Source: Candidatus Brocadiia bacterium (GTDB lineage Bacteria > Planctomycetota > Brocadiia > CAIUPP01). Taken from it: a stretch of 64,000 bases of DNA. Below the pieces are notes generated by a model. That model searched no databases, was not told where the DNA came from, and saw nothing but the letters and a program-made list of their open reading frames with translations. Made by a program: the position numbers and the translations under genes. This document shows positions 1 to 9,501 of this stretch, piece after piece. The stretch covers positions 4,303-68,302 of the forward strand of contig JBKQWE010000025.1 of the NCBI GenBank assembly GCA_052139675.1, given 5' to 3'. Within the stretch, counting starts at the first letter, position 1. Every line of letters begins with the position of its first letter.

Positions 1-30
1 TGCTCCTTTTGAATTCTGACCCGTCCGTGC

Positions 31-58
31 ATTATAGTCGCAGGGCCAAGCCTGTCAA
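31..58 (-). promoter_or_regulatory. sigma70-type promoter for a gene beyond the left edge
   Basis: Minus strand TTGACA-N16-TATAAT; AAAAGGAGCA (RBS-like) at positions 1-10 on the minus strand. Confidence 0.75.
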
Positions 59-264
59 GGAGAACCGCGCCGCCGGGCCAATCCGGACGGCCTGAGCCGG
101 CCGTGTCGGAAAAACTTGTCTCAAGGCCGCACATTTGATATACTGCCCACGCCGCAGAAGGGTCCATACGGGCGCCGGTCCGCCGCGCGCGGGCCGGTGG
201 TCTCATTGCGGTCACCGTCTCTGAACACAACTTGAACGGAACTTCAGCGGATCGGGATAGCCAG

Positions 265-1233
265 ATGAAGCAGGTGGCCTTCGGAAAAACTGGCGTGCAG
301 GTCTCGCACCTCTGTCTCGGCACGATGATGTTCGGCCGGCGCACCGACGAGACTGAGGCGGCCCGTATCGTCTCCGCGGCGCTCGACGCGGGCGTGAATT
401 TCGTTGATACCGCCGCGATGTACGGCGAAGGCGCCGCCGAGGAACTTCTCGGCCGCATCCTCAAGCCCGCGCGCAAGAAAGTCTTCCTGGCGACGAAGGT
501 GCACCGCGGCATTGACGCCGAGGCGATCACCGGGAGCCTGGAGGAAAGCCTGCGCCGACTCCAGACGGACTTCGTGGACCTCTACATGATCCACTGGCCG
601 AAAAAAGGCATGAAGCCGATGGAGGTGATGCAGGCGCTGGACGGCGTCGTGAAGTCCGGCAAGGCGCGCTTCGTCGGCTGCTGCAACTACCCGGCCTGGC
701 TGTTCTGCTATTCGAACGCGATCTCCAGGCTCCACGGCTGGGCGGAGCTCGTCTGCAACCAGGTGCCGTACAACCCGATCGAGCGCGGCGTCGAGGTCGA
801 AGTGCTGCCGCAGGCGCTCGCGGAAGGGACCGCCGTCACGATTTACCGCACGCTGCTGATCGGGTTGCTGGCCGGGAAATATCAGCCGGGCGGCCCGATT
901 CCCCAGGATTCGCGCGGGGAGACGGACGAGCGCATCACCGACTGGCTCGAGCGCTACACCAGCGGCATGCGCTTCCTCCTGGAACTGGCCGCGCGGCGGG
1001 GCGTTTCGCCCGTGCACGTGGCCATCGCGTGGGTCGCTTCCTGCCCTGCGGTCACCTGCCCGATCGTGGGCGCCAGCCGGCTGGACCAACTCGAGGACAC
1101 GCTCAAGGCATCCGATTTCCAGCTCACCGCCGACGAGCGCGAGGGCATCTCGCGCGCTTTCGGCGCCGAGGTGAAGGAAGAATCCGGCGGCGCTTACGCG
1201 GAGCTGCGGCGCGAGCTGTACCTGACGTCGTAG
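265..1233 (+). CDS. Aldo/keto reductase
   Basis: MKQVAFGKTGVQVSHLCLGTMMFG, DTAAMYG, VFLATK, DLYMIHWP, PIVGASRLDQL: AKR TIM-barrel motifs; upstream TTGTCT-N17-TATACT. Confidence 0.9.
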   Translation: MKQVAFGKTGVQVSHLCLGTMMFGRRTDETEAARIVSAALDAGVNFVDTAAMYGEGAAEELLGRILKPARKKVFLATKVHRGIDAEAITGSLEESLRRLQTDFVDLYMIHWPKKGMKPMEVMQALDGVVKSGKARFVGCCNYPAWLFCYSNAISRLHGWAELVCNQVPYNPIERGVEVEVLPQALAEGTAVTIYRTLLIGLLAGKYQPGGPIPQDSRGETDERITDWLERYTSGMRFLLELAARRGVSPVHVAIAWVASCPAVTCPIVGASRLDQLEDTLKASDFQLTADEREGISRAFGAEVKEESGGAYAELRRELYLTS

Positions 1234-1276
1234 TGCTTCCTTGCGGAAATAGGCGTCCTATTTCCGCAAGGAAGCA
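1234..1276. repeat. Perfect 20-bp hairpin (REP-like or terminator)
   Basis: TGCTTCCTTGCGGAAATAGG-cgt-CCTATTTCCGCAAGGAAGCA directly after the AKR stop. Confidence 0.8.
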
Positions 1277-1329
1277 TGGCCGCACTAAGCCCTGTCACTT
1301 TCATGTGTTATGCGTTCCGTTGGACCGTT

Positions 1330-1369
1330 TTTAGTTGCGTAAATTGGTACGCCAATTTACGCAACTAAA
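1330..1369. repeat. Perfect 18-bp hairpin (REP-like)
   Basis: TTTAGTTGCGTAAATTGG-tacg-CCAATTTACGCAACTAAA. Confidence 0.8.
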
Positions 1370-1425
1370 CACTAGCCGGCGAAGGCCGCTCGGCCGGTGT
1401 CCGTCCGCCATCATCAGGAACCCCG

Positions 1426-2238
1426 ATGGATAATCCCATTGCCGTCTGCGTGGACCGGAATCCGTTTTCGAGCCTCGAGGCGCTCGTCGAGGCGATCGCG
1501 CAGGCCGGGTTCGCCCGCGTCGAGTGGTTCGAGCCCGGCAGCGCGGATCCCTGGTCCGCCGCCGGGACGGCGCCCCGGTTGTGCGCGCTGGACCAGCGCC
1601 ACAAGCTGGCGCCGCAGTATCACGGGCCGTATGAAGCGCCGTTCGACCTCTCGCGCGATGGCGATACGCTGCGCCCGCCGCCGGCCATCGCGGCGATGAT
1701 CTCGACGGTCCTCGACCGCGCCCAGCGCCTGGAGGCGTCGCTCGTCACGCTGCATCTCGGTTCCTGCCCGGCCGGGATCGCCCGCGACGCGGCGCTCGGC
1801 AACGTCGCCGCCGGAATCCGCCTGGCGATTCCGGAGCTCGAGCGGCGCCGCATGCGCCTTGCGCTGGAGAACCACACGAAGGCCATCATCACCGACGCGC
1901 TCGGCGACCGGCCGGCGGATTTCGACCGGGTCATGGCCGAGCTGCCCTCGCCGTGCATCGGGCGCACGCTCGACCTCGGGCACGCGCACATCAACAACCA
2001 GCTCGAGGAATTCCTGCGCCAGCCGTTCGACCGCGTGTTCAACATCCACCTGCACGACAACCTCGGCGCGGAAGATCAGCACCTGCCGCTGGGCGAAGGC
2101 GCAATCCGGTGGGGCGCGATTTTGCCGCGCATCGCGGGCGAGGGTTATCGCGGGCCGCTGACTTTCGAGTTTTTCGCGCCGGCGGCCGCGTACTTGCGGG
2201 CGATGGCCATCGTTCGCGGCGCAACCCAGGGTGGCTGA
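1426..2238 (+). CDS. Sugar phosphate isomerase/epimerase (xylose-isomerase-like TIM barrel)
   Basis: LALENH, TLDLGHA, IHLHDN, HLPLGEG, LTFE metal-binding motifs. Confidence 0.85.
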   Translation: MDNPIAVCVDRNPFSSLEALVEAIAQAGFARVEWFEPGSADPWSAAGTAPRLCALDQRHKLAPQYHGPYEAPFDLSRDGDTLRPPPAIAAMISTVLDRAQRLEASLVTLHLGSCPAGIARDAALGNVAAGIRLAIPELERRRMRLALENHTKAIITDALGDRPADFDRVMAELPSPCIGRTLDLGHAHINNQLEEFLRQPFDRVFNIHLHDNLGAEDQHLPLGEGAIRWGAILPRIAGEGYRGPLTFEFFAPAAAYLRAMAIVRGATQGG

Positions 2239-2384
2239 GCGGGTTGTGACACGCGCTCCGGCGCCTCCCGCCAAGGCCGGTTGTTTTCCGCCGAACCAGT
2301 CTGGTAGAATCTTTCGTCATCGCCCGGGCTTGGAAACGCGCGTCAGCGCGAGCGCGGGAGCTTAGCCTTGCAAGGAGCCGGCGC

Positions 2385-3236
2385 ATGCAGAAGAGCATCA
2401 ACTACTGGTCGTTTCCGGGCGGTCTCGACGCGAAGAAGAGTCTCGGCGAGTTTTTCGCCGAGGCGAAGGCCGCCGGTTTCCCCGCGGTTGAACTGTGCTG
2501 CGCCGAGTCGGGGCCGTTGACGCTCAAGACGACGCTGAAGGAATGCTCCGACATCCGCGCGAAGGCCGACAAGGCCGGCGTGAAGATCGCCTCGCTCGCC
2601 AGCGGCATCTACTGGTCGTACAGCCTCGGCGGCGACAAGGTGACCGACCGCAACCGGGCCGAGCAGGCCGCGAAGAAGATGCTGCAAATCGCGCAATGGC
2701 TCGGGACGGACGCGCTGCTCTTCATCCCCGGCGCGGTGGACGTGTTCTTCAATCCGGCGGCGGAGGTGATCCCGTACGACATCCTGTTCGCCCGCGCGAA
2801 GGAAGGCACGCAGCGGCTGCTCCGCACCGCCGAGCAGTGCAAGGTGGTCCTGTGCGTCGAGAACGTCTGGAACAAGTTCCTCCTCAGCCCGATCGAGATG
2901 CGCGACTTCATTGACGGGTTCGACAGCGAGTTCGTCGCGGCGTACTTCGACGTCGGCAACGTCGTGGCGTTCGGATACCCGCAGCACTGGATCCGCATCC
3001 TCGGCAAGCGCATCAAGCGGGTGCATTTCAAGGACTACAAGGCCTCGGCCGGCGGCGCGGACGGGTTCTGCGATCTGCTCGAAGGCGACGTGAACTGGCC
3101 CGAGGTCGTCAAGGCGCTGAAGGCCGTCGGTTACGACGGCTACTGCACCGCCGAGATGGTGCCGGCCTACAAGACGAGTCCTATGGTTCGGATTCAGAAC
3201 ACCTCGAACGCCATGGACGCCATCCTGGCCATGTGA
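2385..3236 (+). CDS. Sugar phosphate isomerase/epimerase (hexulose-phosphate/ketose 3-epimerase-like)
   Basis: LCVENVWNKFLLSP, YFDVGN, VHFKD, LLEGDVNW, TAEM. Confidence 0.88.
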   Translation: MQKSINYWSFPGGLDAKKSLGEFFAEAKAAGFPAVELCCAESGPLTLKTTLKECSDIRAKADKAGVKIASLASGIYWSYSLGGDKVTDRNRAEQAAKKMLQIAQWLGTDALLFIPGAVDVFFNPAAEVIPYDILFARAKEGTQRLLRTAEQCKVVLCVENVWNKFLLSPIEMRDFIDGFDSEFVAAYFDVGNVVAFGYPQHWIRILGKRIKRVHFKDYKASAGGADGFCDLLEGDVNWPEVVKALKAVGYDGYCTAEMVPAYKTSPMVRIQNTSNAMDAILAM

Positions 3237-3269
3237 GAGTCGTCGCCTTCCTGCGCGATAGGAGCGGTC

Positions 3270-4274
3270 ATGATTAAGGTCGGTCTCTGCGGCGTCGGCT
3301 TCATGGGGAGGATGCACGCGGCCTGTTACGCCGCGATCCCGGATATCCGCATCGTCGCCATCGCCGATGACCGGGCGGAGAACGCGCAGCCGCTCGCTGC
3401 GAAGCACGGCGCCGCCGTCTTCTCCACCGCGCGCGAACTCATCACCCGGGCGCCGGTGGATCTCGTGGACATCTGCCTGCCGACCTACCTGCATTGCGAG
3501 GCGGCGCTTCTTGCCGCAAAGCGCGGCCTGGATTGCCTTTGCGAAAAGCCCCTCGCGCGCGATCCGGCCCAGGCCAACCGCATGGTCAAAGCCGTCCGCG
3601 ACGCGAAAATCAAATTCATGGTCGGCCACGTCCTCCGCTTCTGGCCGGAGTACCAGGTCCTGAAGCAGTACGCCGAGAAGAAGCCGCTCGGCCCGCTCGT
3701 CTCGCTCGAGATGCGGCGCTTCGGCGAGATGCCCGTCGGCTGGAAAGGCTGGTTCCGCAAGCCGGTCCTCAGCGGCGGCGCCGCGCTCGACCTGCACATC
3801 CACGACGTGGACTACGCGCTGTACCTGCTGGGCCAGCCGAAAAGCCTCGACAGCGTCGGAGTGCGCCAGGGCGGCGCGTGGAACCAGATCGCGACGCATT
3901 ATCACTACCCCGGCGTCGCCGTCACCGCGCAGGGCGGCTGGTGCGACGCCCCGGAGCCGTTCGAGATGGCCTTCCGCGCCCTCTTCGCCAGGGGCGTCCT
4001 CAGCTACTCCTCGAAGAGTCAGCCGCTCGCCCGTTACGAAAAAGGCAAGCCGCCGGCGCTGGTCAGCGTGCCGCAAGTGAAGGCCGGAGAAGTCCAGGCC
4101 GGCGGCAACATCAGCAGCCTCGGCGGTTACTTCAACGAGGTGAAATACTTCGTGGACTGCCTGAAGGCCGGCCGCGCGCCCGAGACCGCCACGGCGGAAG
4201 AGGCGCGCGACGCCGTCGCCCTGGTCTTCCGCGAGATGGCCTCCGCGCAAAAGAAACTCAGGAAGCGAGGATGA
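3270..4274 (+). CDS. Gfo/Idh/MocA family NAD(P)-dependent oxidoreductase
   Basis: KVGLCGVGFMG Rossmann motif, ICLPTYLH, LCEKPLA, GGAALDLHIHD. Confidence 0.9.
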   Translation: MIKVGLCGVGFMGRMHAACYAAIPDIRIVAIADDRAENAQPLAAKHGAAVFSTARELITRAPVDLVDICLPTYLHCEAALLAAKRGLDCLCEKPLARDPAQANRMVKAVRDAKIKFMVGHVLRFWPEYQVLKQYAEKKPLGPLVSLEMRRFGEMPVGWKGWFRKPVLSGGAALDLHIHDVDYALYLLGQPKSLDSVGVRQGGAWNQIATHYHYPGVAVTAQGGWCDAPEPFEMAFRALFARGVLSYSSKSQPLARYEKGKPPALVSVPQVKAGEVQAGGNISSLGGYFNEVKYFVDCLKAGRAPETATAEEARDAVALVFREMASAQKKLRKRG

Positions 4275-5533
4275 TGGTGGAGTCCGCCGCCCGCGCTCGC
4301 CCGCAACGCCGCGTCGTCGTCACCGGCATGGGGCTTCTCAGCCCGGCCGGGTGCGACCTCGACTCGTATTGGGCCGGCCTCACCTGCGGCCGTTCCGCCG
4401 TCCGCGCCATCCGCAATTTCGACAGCAGCGATATGCCCATCCACAGCGCCGGCGAGGTGGACCGGGCGGACCTGCTCAAAGCCGTGCCGGAGAGCGCCAT
4501 CGAGCGCACCGACCGGTCCGCGCTGCTCGGGCTCATCGCCGCGCGGCGCGCCCTGGAGGACGCCAAGCTGGCGGAGGCGGCGCGCAACGGCGCGCGCATC
4601 GGACTGGTCATCGGCTCCGGCCTCGGCCCGTGCGAGACGGTCACCGAATCCTACGCCCTCTACAACGCGCGCGGCTGGCAGGGCGTCCGCCCGACCACCG
4701 TCCCGCGCTCGATGTTCAACGTCATCGCCAGCCACATCTCCATGGAATGCCACCTCGTCGGCGGCCATCACGTCGTCGCCGCCGCCTGCGCCAGCGGCGC
4801 GCTCGCCATGGCCGACGCCTGCGAATGGATCCAGACCGGCCGCGAGGACATCGTCGTCACCGGCGGATGCGATTCGCCGATCATCAAGAGCATGTTCGGC
4901 GCGTGGATCAACCTGCGCGTCCTCTCCAAGAACCCGGACCCGGCCAGGGCCTGCCGCCCGTTCGACCGCCGGCGCGACGGCCTGATCCTCGCCGATGGCT
5001 CCGCCATGCTCGTCTTCGAAGAGGCCGAGCACGCCGTGCGCCGCGGCGCCCGCATCTATGCCGAGATCCTCGGCAGCGGCTCCTCCAGCGACGCCACGCA
5101 CATCACCAAGCCCAGCCCCGAAGGCCAGGCCAGCGCCATCCGCCACGCGCTGCGCGTCACCGGCCTGGCCGCCGAGGATGTGGACTACATCAACGCGCAC
5201 GGCACCAGCACGCTCCTGAACGACAGCACCGAGACACAGGCGATGAAGCTGGCCCTCGGCGCGCACGCGCGGCGCGTCGGCATCAGCTCGACCAAGTCCG
5301 TCGTCGGCCACTCCCTGGGCGCCAGCGGCGCGCTGGAGCTCGTCGCCACCATCCTCGCCATCCGGCACCAGGTCATGCCCCCGACGGTCAACCTCGAGGA
5401 GCCCGACCCGGAGTGCGACCTGGACTACGTCCCCAACGTCGCGCGGCCCGCGCGCATCCGCGTCGCGCTCAGCAACTCGTTCGCGTTTGGAGGATCCAAC
5501 GCCGTTCTCGCCGTCCGAGCCTACGAGGGATGA
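4271..5533 (+). CDS. fabF: Beta-ketoacyl-ACP synthase II (FabF-like)
   Basis: RRVVVTGMG, AACASG (catalytic Cys), YINAHGTST and KSVVGHSLGA (two His), SNSFAFGGSN; ATG overlaps upstream TGA. Confidence 0.92.
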   Translation: MMVESAARARPQRRVVVTGMGLLSPAGCDLDSYWAGLTCGRSAVRAIRNFDSSDMPIHSAGEVDRADLLKAVPESAIERTDRSALLGLIAARRALEDAKLAEAARNGARIGLVIGSGLGPCETVTESYALYNARGWQGVRPTTVPRSMFNVIASHISMECHLVGGHHVVAAACASGALAMADACEWIQTGREDIVVTGGCDSPIIKSMFGAWINLRVLSKNPDPARACRPFDRRRDGLILADGSAMLVFEEAEHAVRRGARIYAEILGSGSSSDATHITKPSPEGQASAIRHALRVTGLAAEDVDYINAHGTSTLLNDSTETQAMKLALGAHARRVGISSTKSVVGHSLGASGALELVATILAIRHQVMPPTVNLEEPDPECDLDYVPNVARPARIRVALSNSFAFGGSNAVLAVRAYEG

Positions 5534-5811
5534 AGCCAATGGACAGACCGCAGATCAAGGCTGAGCTGGAAAAAATTCTGAACATCGTGGACGATCAGCT
5601 CCTCAAGCGCGTGCAGGTGCAGGAAGAGACCGTCATCCGTGAGGGGCTGGGGCTCGACTCGCTGCAGATCGTCGAGCTCCTGTTCGAGATCGAGGAGCGG
5701 CTCAACGTCAAGATCGCCGACGACGAAGCCCCGAAACTCCGCACCGTCGGCGACCTGATCACCCTGATCGACTCCAAGCTCAACAGCGGCGCGAAAAACG
5801 CTGCGAAATAG
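5530..5811 (+). CDS. Acyl carrier protein
   Basis: LGLDSLQIVELLFEIEERLNVKI..DE phosphopantetheine motif; ATGA overlap with fabF (alternative start 5539). Confidence 0.9.
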   Translation: MKPMDRPQIKAELEKILNIVDDQLLKRVQVQEETVIREGLGLDSLQIVELLFEIEERLNVKIADDEAPKLRTVGDLITLIDSKLNSGAKNAAK

Positions 5812-5885
5812 CGGGTAGAGCGTAAATCGGCTGCAAGAGCTCTCGCTTGAGCCATGACGAAAGGCACCTCGAAAGAGCGGGAAAA

Positions 5886-7049
5886 ATGAGTGCTGAACGC
5901 AGCTTCTTCGACGAAAGCAGGGAACAATCGAAGGTAAAGGCTGCCATCGTTGCGAAGTACTTCGATGCATGGGCTAAAGTCATTATTAGCGCCCTACAAC
6001 GGCAACCAACAAAACCGCAGCGAATCGCCTACGCAGACCTTTTCGCCGGGCCAGGCATATACCAAGACGGCACTGAGTCCACCCCTTTGTTGGTACTCGA
6101 AAAAGCTATAAGAAACCCTGAAATCCGCGACCGGCTAGTCACTGTTTTCAATGACAAAGACAAGAAACATGCCGAATCGCTGCTGAAAGCAATCAGCGCA
6201 ATACCAGGCATCCAGTCCCTTCGCTACAAACCCTTGGTCTACAACTACGAGGTGGGCGATGACGTTGTAAAAGTCTTCGAGCAGACGTCCCTAGTGCCGA
6301 CGCTTTTCTTCGGGGACCCTTGGGGATACAAAGGGCTTTCATTAAGACTACTCAGTTCGATGTTAAAGGACTGGGGCAGCGATTGTATATTCTTCTTCAA
6401 TTACAATCGAATCAACATGAATTTGGCTTTACAAAATGATGCGGTGACGGAACACATTGTTGCCCTTTTCGGCGAAGAGCGCGCGGCTGAACTCAGAGAA
6501 CTCTTGGCCGGCATGGAGCCGGACGAGCGAGAGATGATGATTATCGAGCAACTCTGTGAGGCAATCAAGGAAATAGGACCGCAGTTTATTTTGCCATTTT
6601 GCTTCAAGGACGAACGGGGAGTGCGAACGAGCCACCACCTGATTTTTGTGAGCAAACACTTCCTTGGGTACGAGATTATGAAGGGAATTATGGCAAGGGA
6701 ATCCTCAGGCGCGGAACAGGGTGTACCGTCATTTGAATACAATCCTTTTGACGCCAATCGCAATGGTCGGCAAGGTTTGCTTTTCCAGTTGTCGAGACCC
6801 CTGGAAGACCTCGCAGAGATGCTGCTTAACGATTTTGCCGGACGAACACTCACAGTAGATGATGTCTACATGGAGCACAACTTGAACCGGCCTTACATCA
6901 GAAAAAATTACAAGAGTGTGCTTCTGCAACTGGAGAACGCCAAGAAGATTCTCGCCGCAAGAAAGCCCCGACAGAAGAAAAACGCTATGGCAGATGATGT
7001 CCGCGTTACGTTTCCCCCGCGAAGCGAGGATCATTCAAATGGGGGCTAA
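5886..7049 (+). CDS. tcmP: Three-Cys-motif partner protein (TcmP), SAM-methyltransferase-like
   Basis: [26 protein letters not shown] (SAM motif I), [22 protein letters not shown]; AT-richer than flanks; adjacent to DUF5131. Confidence 0.8.
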   Translation: MSAERSFFDESREQSKVKAAIVAKYFDAWAKVIISALQRQPTKPQRIAYADLFAGPGIYQDGTESTPLLVLEKAIRNPEIRDRLVTVFNDKDKKHAESLLKAISAIPGIQSLRYKPLVYNYEVGDDVVKVFEQTSLVPTLFFGDPWGYKGLSLRLLSSMLKDWGSDCIFFFNYNRINMNLALQNDAVTEHIVALFGEERAAELRELLAGMEPDEREMMIIEQLCEAIKEIGPQFILPFCFKDERGVRTSHHLIFVSKHFLGYEIMKGIMARESSGAEQGVPSFEYNPFDANRNGRQGLLFQLSRPLEDLAEMLLNDFAGRTLTVDDVYMEHNLNRPYIRKNYKSVLLQLENAKKILAARKPRQKKNAMADDVRVTFPPRSEDHSNGG

Positions 7050-7797
7050 CTCAGGCATCGAATGGACCGAGTCCACCTGGAACCCGGTCACCGGCTGCAC
7101 GAAGATCAGCCCCGGCTGCGCGCACTGCTACGCTGAGCGCATGGCGCGGCGGCTCAGGGCGATGGGCCAGCCGAATTACGCGCGCGGGTTCGATGTGACA
7201 CTCCACGAGGCCGCCCTGGAGCTGCCGTTGAAATGGCGAAAGCCCCAGGTGATTTTCGTGAACTCGATGAGCGACCTGTTCCACGAGCATGTGCCGACGG
7301 AGTTTATTCTTCGCGTCTTCGAGGTGATGAACAAGGCCGGTCAGCACGTCTACCAAGCCTTGACCAAACGTTCCGAGCGACTGCTTGAGTTGAATCCGCT
7401 CTTGCCTTGGGCGGAGAACGTTTGGATGGGCGTTACGGTGGAAAACGATGCGTACGTATCGCGCATGGACGACCTGCGGCAGACCGGGGCCTCGACGAAG
7501 TTCCTCTCCCTGGAGCCTTTGCTTGGTCCGCTTCCGAACCTGAACCTCGATGGGATTGACTGGGTCATCGTCGGCGGCGAATCCGGACCCGGCGCGCGCC
7601 CGATGCAGAGTTCGTGGGTTGTGGACATCCGCGACCAGTGCCAGAAAGCGGGGGTCCCTTTCTTCTTCAAACAATGGGGCGGCGTGAACAAGAAACGCGC
7701 CGGCCGCGTCTTGGAAGGCCGGACGTGGAATGCCATGCCGCCGGCGGCCCGCAGCCGCACTGCCTGGTCGCCCGCCGCGCTTTCCTCTCCGAGTTGA
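7039..7797 (+). CDS. DUF5131 / phage Gp37-Gp68 family radical-SAM-like protein
   Basis: [29 protein letters not shown] (Cx6CxxC), [37 protein letters not shown]. Confidence 0.92.
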   Translation: MGANSGIEWTESTWNPVTGCTKISPGCAHCYAERMARRLRAMGQPNYARGFDVTLHEAALELPLKWRKPQVIFVNSMSDLFHEHVPTEFILRVFEVMNKAGQHVYQALTKRSERLLELNPLLPWAENVWMGVTVENDAYVSRMDDLRQTGASTKFLSLEPLLGPLPNLNLDGIDWVIVGGESGPGARPMQSSWVVDIRDQCQKAGVPFFFKQWGGVNKKRAGRVLEGRTWNAMPPAARSRTAWSPAALSSPS

Positions 7798-7823
7798 AAC
7801 GGCCGCGCCTTCTCTGCTAGGAT
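7794..7823 (+). promoter_or_regulatory. Putative sigma70 promoter for def-fmt-rsmB-miaB
   Basis: TTGAAA-N18-TAGGAT with extended -10 TG. Confidence 0.5.
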
Positions 7824-7857
7824 CGTACCTCGGCCGGCGATCTGCCGCGGACCTCTG

Positions 7858-7895
7858 GTTGCCCCGCCTGCGGCCGGCAGGGCGTGGATTGAAAC
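7858..7895 (+). repeat. Solitary type I CRISPR-repeat-like sequence (not an array)
   Basis: GTTGCCCCGCCTGCGGCCGGCAGGGCGTGGATTGAAAC: GTTGC start, CCTGC/GCAGG stem, GGCGTGGATTGAAAC end typical of I-C repeats. Confidence 0.35.
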
Positions 7896-7897
7896 CC

Positions 7898-8437
7898 GTG
7901 CAATATCCCGATCTGAAGACGCTGCACGTCCTCCGGTATCCGGCGCCGGCGCTGCGCGAGCACGCGGCGCGCATCAGGGAAATCAGCAGTTTCCTCCGCG
8001 AGATGTCCGACCGCATGGCGGAACTGATGCGCGAGGAGAAGGGCATCGGGCTGGCCGCGACGCAGGTCGGCTGGCCGTTCCGGTTCGTGCTCATCAACAC
8101 GGCCTCGGAGCCGGGCAAGGTCGAGACGTTCATCAACCCGGTGATCCTGTCCAAGCGCGGAAAACTCTTCGAGGAGGAAGGCTGCCTGAGCGTGCCGGGC
8201 CTCTTCGCCAAGGTGCGCCGCGCCGAGATCGTGACCGTCCGCGCGGCGCTCCCGTCCGGCGAGACGGTCGAGATGGAGGCGCAGGGCCTGATCGCGCGCG
8301 CCTGGCAGCACGAGCTGGACCACCTCGACGGCACGCTCTTCGTGGACCGCCTCACCCCGACCGCCAAGCTCATCATCGAGCCGAAGCTCCAGGAGATGGC
8401 TGAACGCCAGGGGGAAAGCCGGAAATTGGGCGATTAG
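7898..8437 (+). CDS. def: Peptide deformylase
   Basis: GIGLAATQVG, EGCLSVPG, QHELDHLDG; start (GTG 7898 or TTG 7889) uncertain. Confidence 0.95.
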   Translation: MQYPDLKTLHVLRYPAPALREHAARIREISSFLREMSDRMAELMREEKGIGLAATQVGWPFRFVLINTASEPGKVETFINPVILSKRGKLFEEEGCLSVPGLFAKVRRAEIVTVRAALPSGETVEMEAQGLIARAWQHELDHLDGTLFVDRLTPTAKLIIEPKLQEMAERQGESRKLGD

Positions 8438-8508
8438 GAGATTGGGAGATTCGGTGAATTGCGGCGCTTAATCCCCAATTACCCAATCTCCGAATCTACC
8501 AATTACCC
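8421..8508. repeat. Inverted array of degenerate 8-nt tandem units
   Basis: GGAAATTG GGCGATTA GGAGATTG GGAGATTC GGTGAATT ... AATTACCC AATCTCCG AATCTACC AATTACCC; overlaps the def stop. Confidence 0.75.
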
Positions 8509-8553
8509 ACGATCTATGGCGGTGAATATCCCAGGTTGAATGGAAAACGCCGC

Positions 8554-9501
8554 ATGAAGATCTGTTTCGCCGGAACCCCCGATTTCGCCGTCCCGATGCT
8601 GGAGGCGCTGCTGCGCAGCCGGCACGCGGTCGGCCTGGTCGTCACGCAGCCGGACAAGCCGCGCGGGCGCGGGCGCGTGCCGTGGGCGCCGCCGGTCAAG
8701 CAACTCGCAGAATCGCGCGGCGTGCCGGTGATCCAGCCGGAGAGCATCAACCGGCCCGAGGCGGTGGCCTCGCTACGCGCCGCCGCGCCCGACGCGATCG
8801 TCGTCACCGCGTACGGCAAGCGCCTGGGGCGGCGCGTGCTGGCGCTGCCGCGGCTCGGCTGCTTCAACGCGCATGCCTCGCTCCTGCCGAAGTACCGCGG
8901 CGCCGCGCCGATCGAGCGCGCGATCCTCTGCGGCGAATCGGAGACCGGCGTCACCCTCCAGCGCATGGCGCCCGAACTGGACGCCGGCGCGATCCTCGCT
9001 CAGCGCGCGCTGAAGATCGGCGACGAAGAGACCGCCGGCGAACTCTCCGCGCGACTCGCGGCGCTGGCGGCCGGGATGATCGCTCCGCTGCTCGACGCGG
9101 TCGAGTCCGGCGCGGCCGTCGAGCAGCCGCAGGACGCCGCGCGGGCGACGGAGGCGCCGAGCCTGCGAAAAAACGACGGCCTGGTTCCCTGGCGCCTTGA
9201 CGCTCGCGGCGTCTGCAATTTCATCCGCGGCATGACGCCCTGGCCGGGCGCGTTCACATTCCACGCCTCCGGCGAGCGGCGGGCGCGGCTGATCCTGCTG
9301 GCCGCGCGTCCGGCCGATGATCCGGCCGCGGCGGCGACGCCCGGCCAAGTCCTCCGTGCCGACGATCAACTCATCGTCGGGACCGGGCGCGGATGCGTCA
9401 CCGTCCTGCGCGTCCAGCCCGAAGGCCGCAAGCCGATGGACGCCGCCGCGTACCTGCGTGGCCACGCCCTCGCCCCCGGAGATTTCCTCCATGGCACGTG
9501 A
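8554..9501 (+). CDS. fmt: Methionyl-tRNA formyltransferase
   Basis: MKICFAGTPDFA, VTQPDKPRGRG, NAHASLLPKYRGAAPI, LDAG; follows def. Confidence 0.95.
   Translation: MKICFAGTPDFAVPMLEALLRSRHAVGLVVTQPDKPRGRGRVPWAPPVKQLAESRGVPVIQPESINRPEAVASLRAAAPDAIVVTAYGKRLGRRVLALPRLGCFNAHASLLPKYRGAAPIERAILCGESETGVTLQRMAPELDAGAILAQRALKIGDEETAGELSARLAALAAGMIAPLLDAVESGAAVEQPQDAARATEAPSLRKNDGLVPWRLDARGVCNFIRGMTPWPGAFTFHASGERRARLILLAARPADDPAAAATPGQVLRADDQLIVGTGRGCVTVLRVQPEGRKPMDAAAYLRGHALAPGDFLHGT

Noticed and set aside
232-264. Upstream start extensions given by the ORF track (also def 7730, fba 25272, sulfatase 61333, DUF5131 6916)
   Set aside because: The extensions run through repeats, promoters or upstream genes; downstream starts fit family N-termini and RBS positions better
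7767-7895. CRISPR array
   Set aside because: Only one good repeat-like unit, a poor second one 57 nt away, and no cas genes; kept only as a solitary-unit finding
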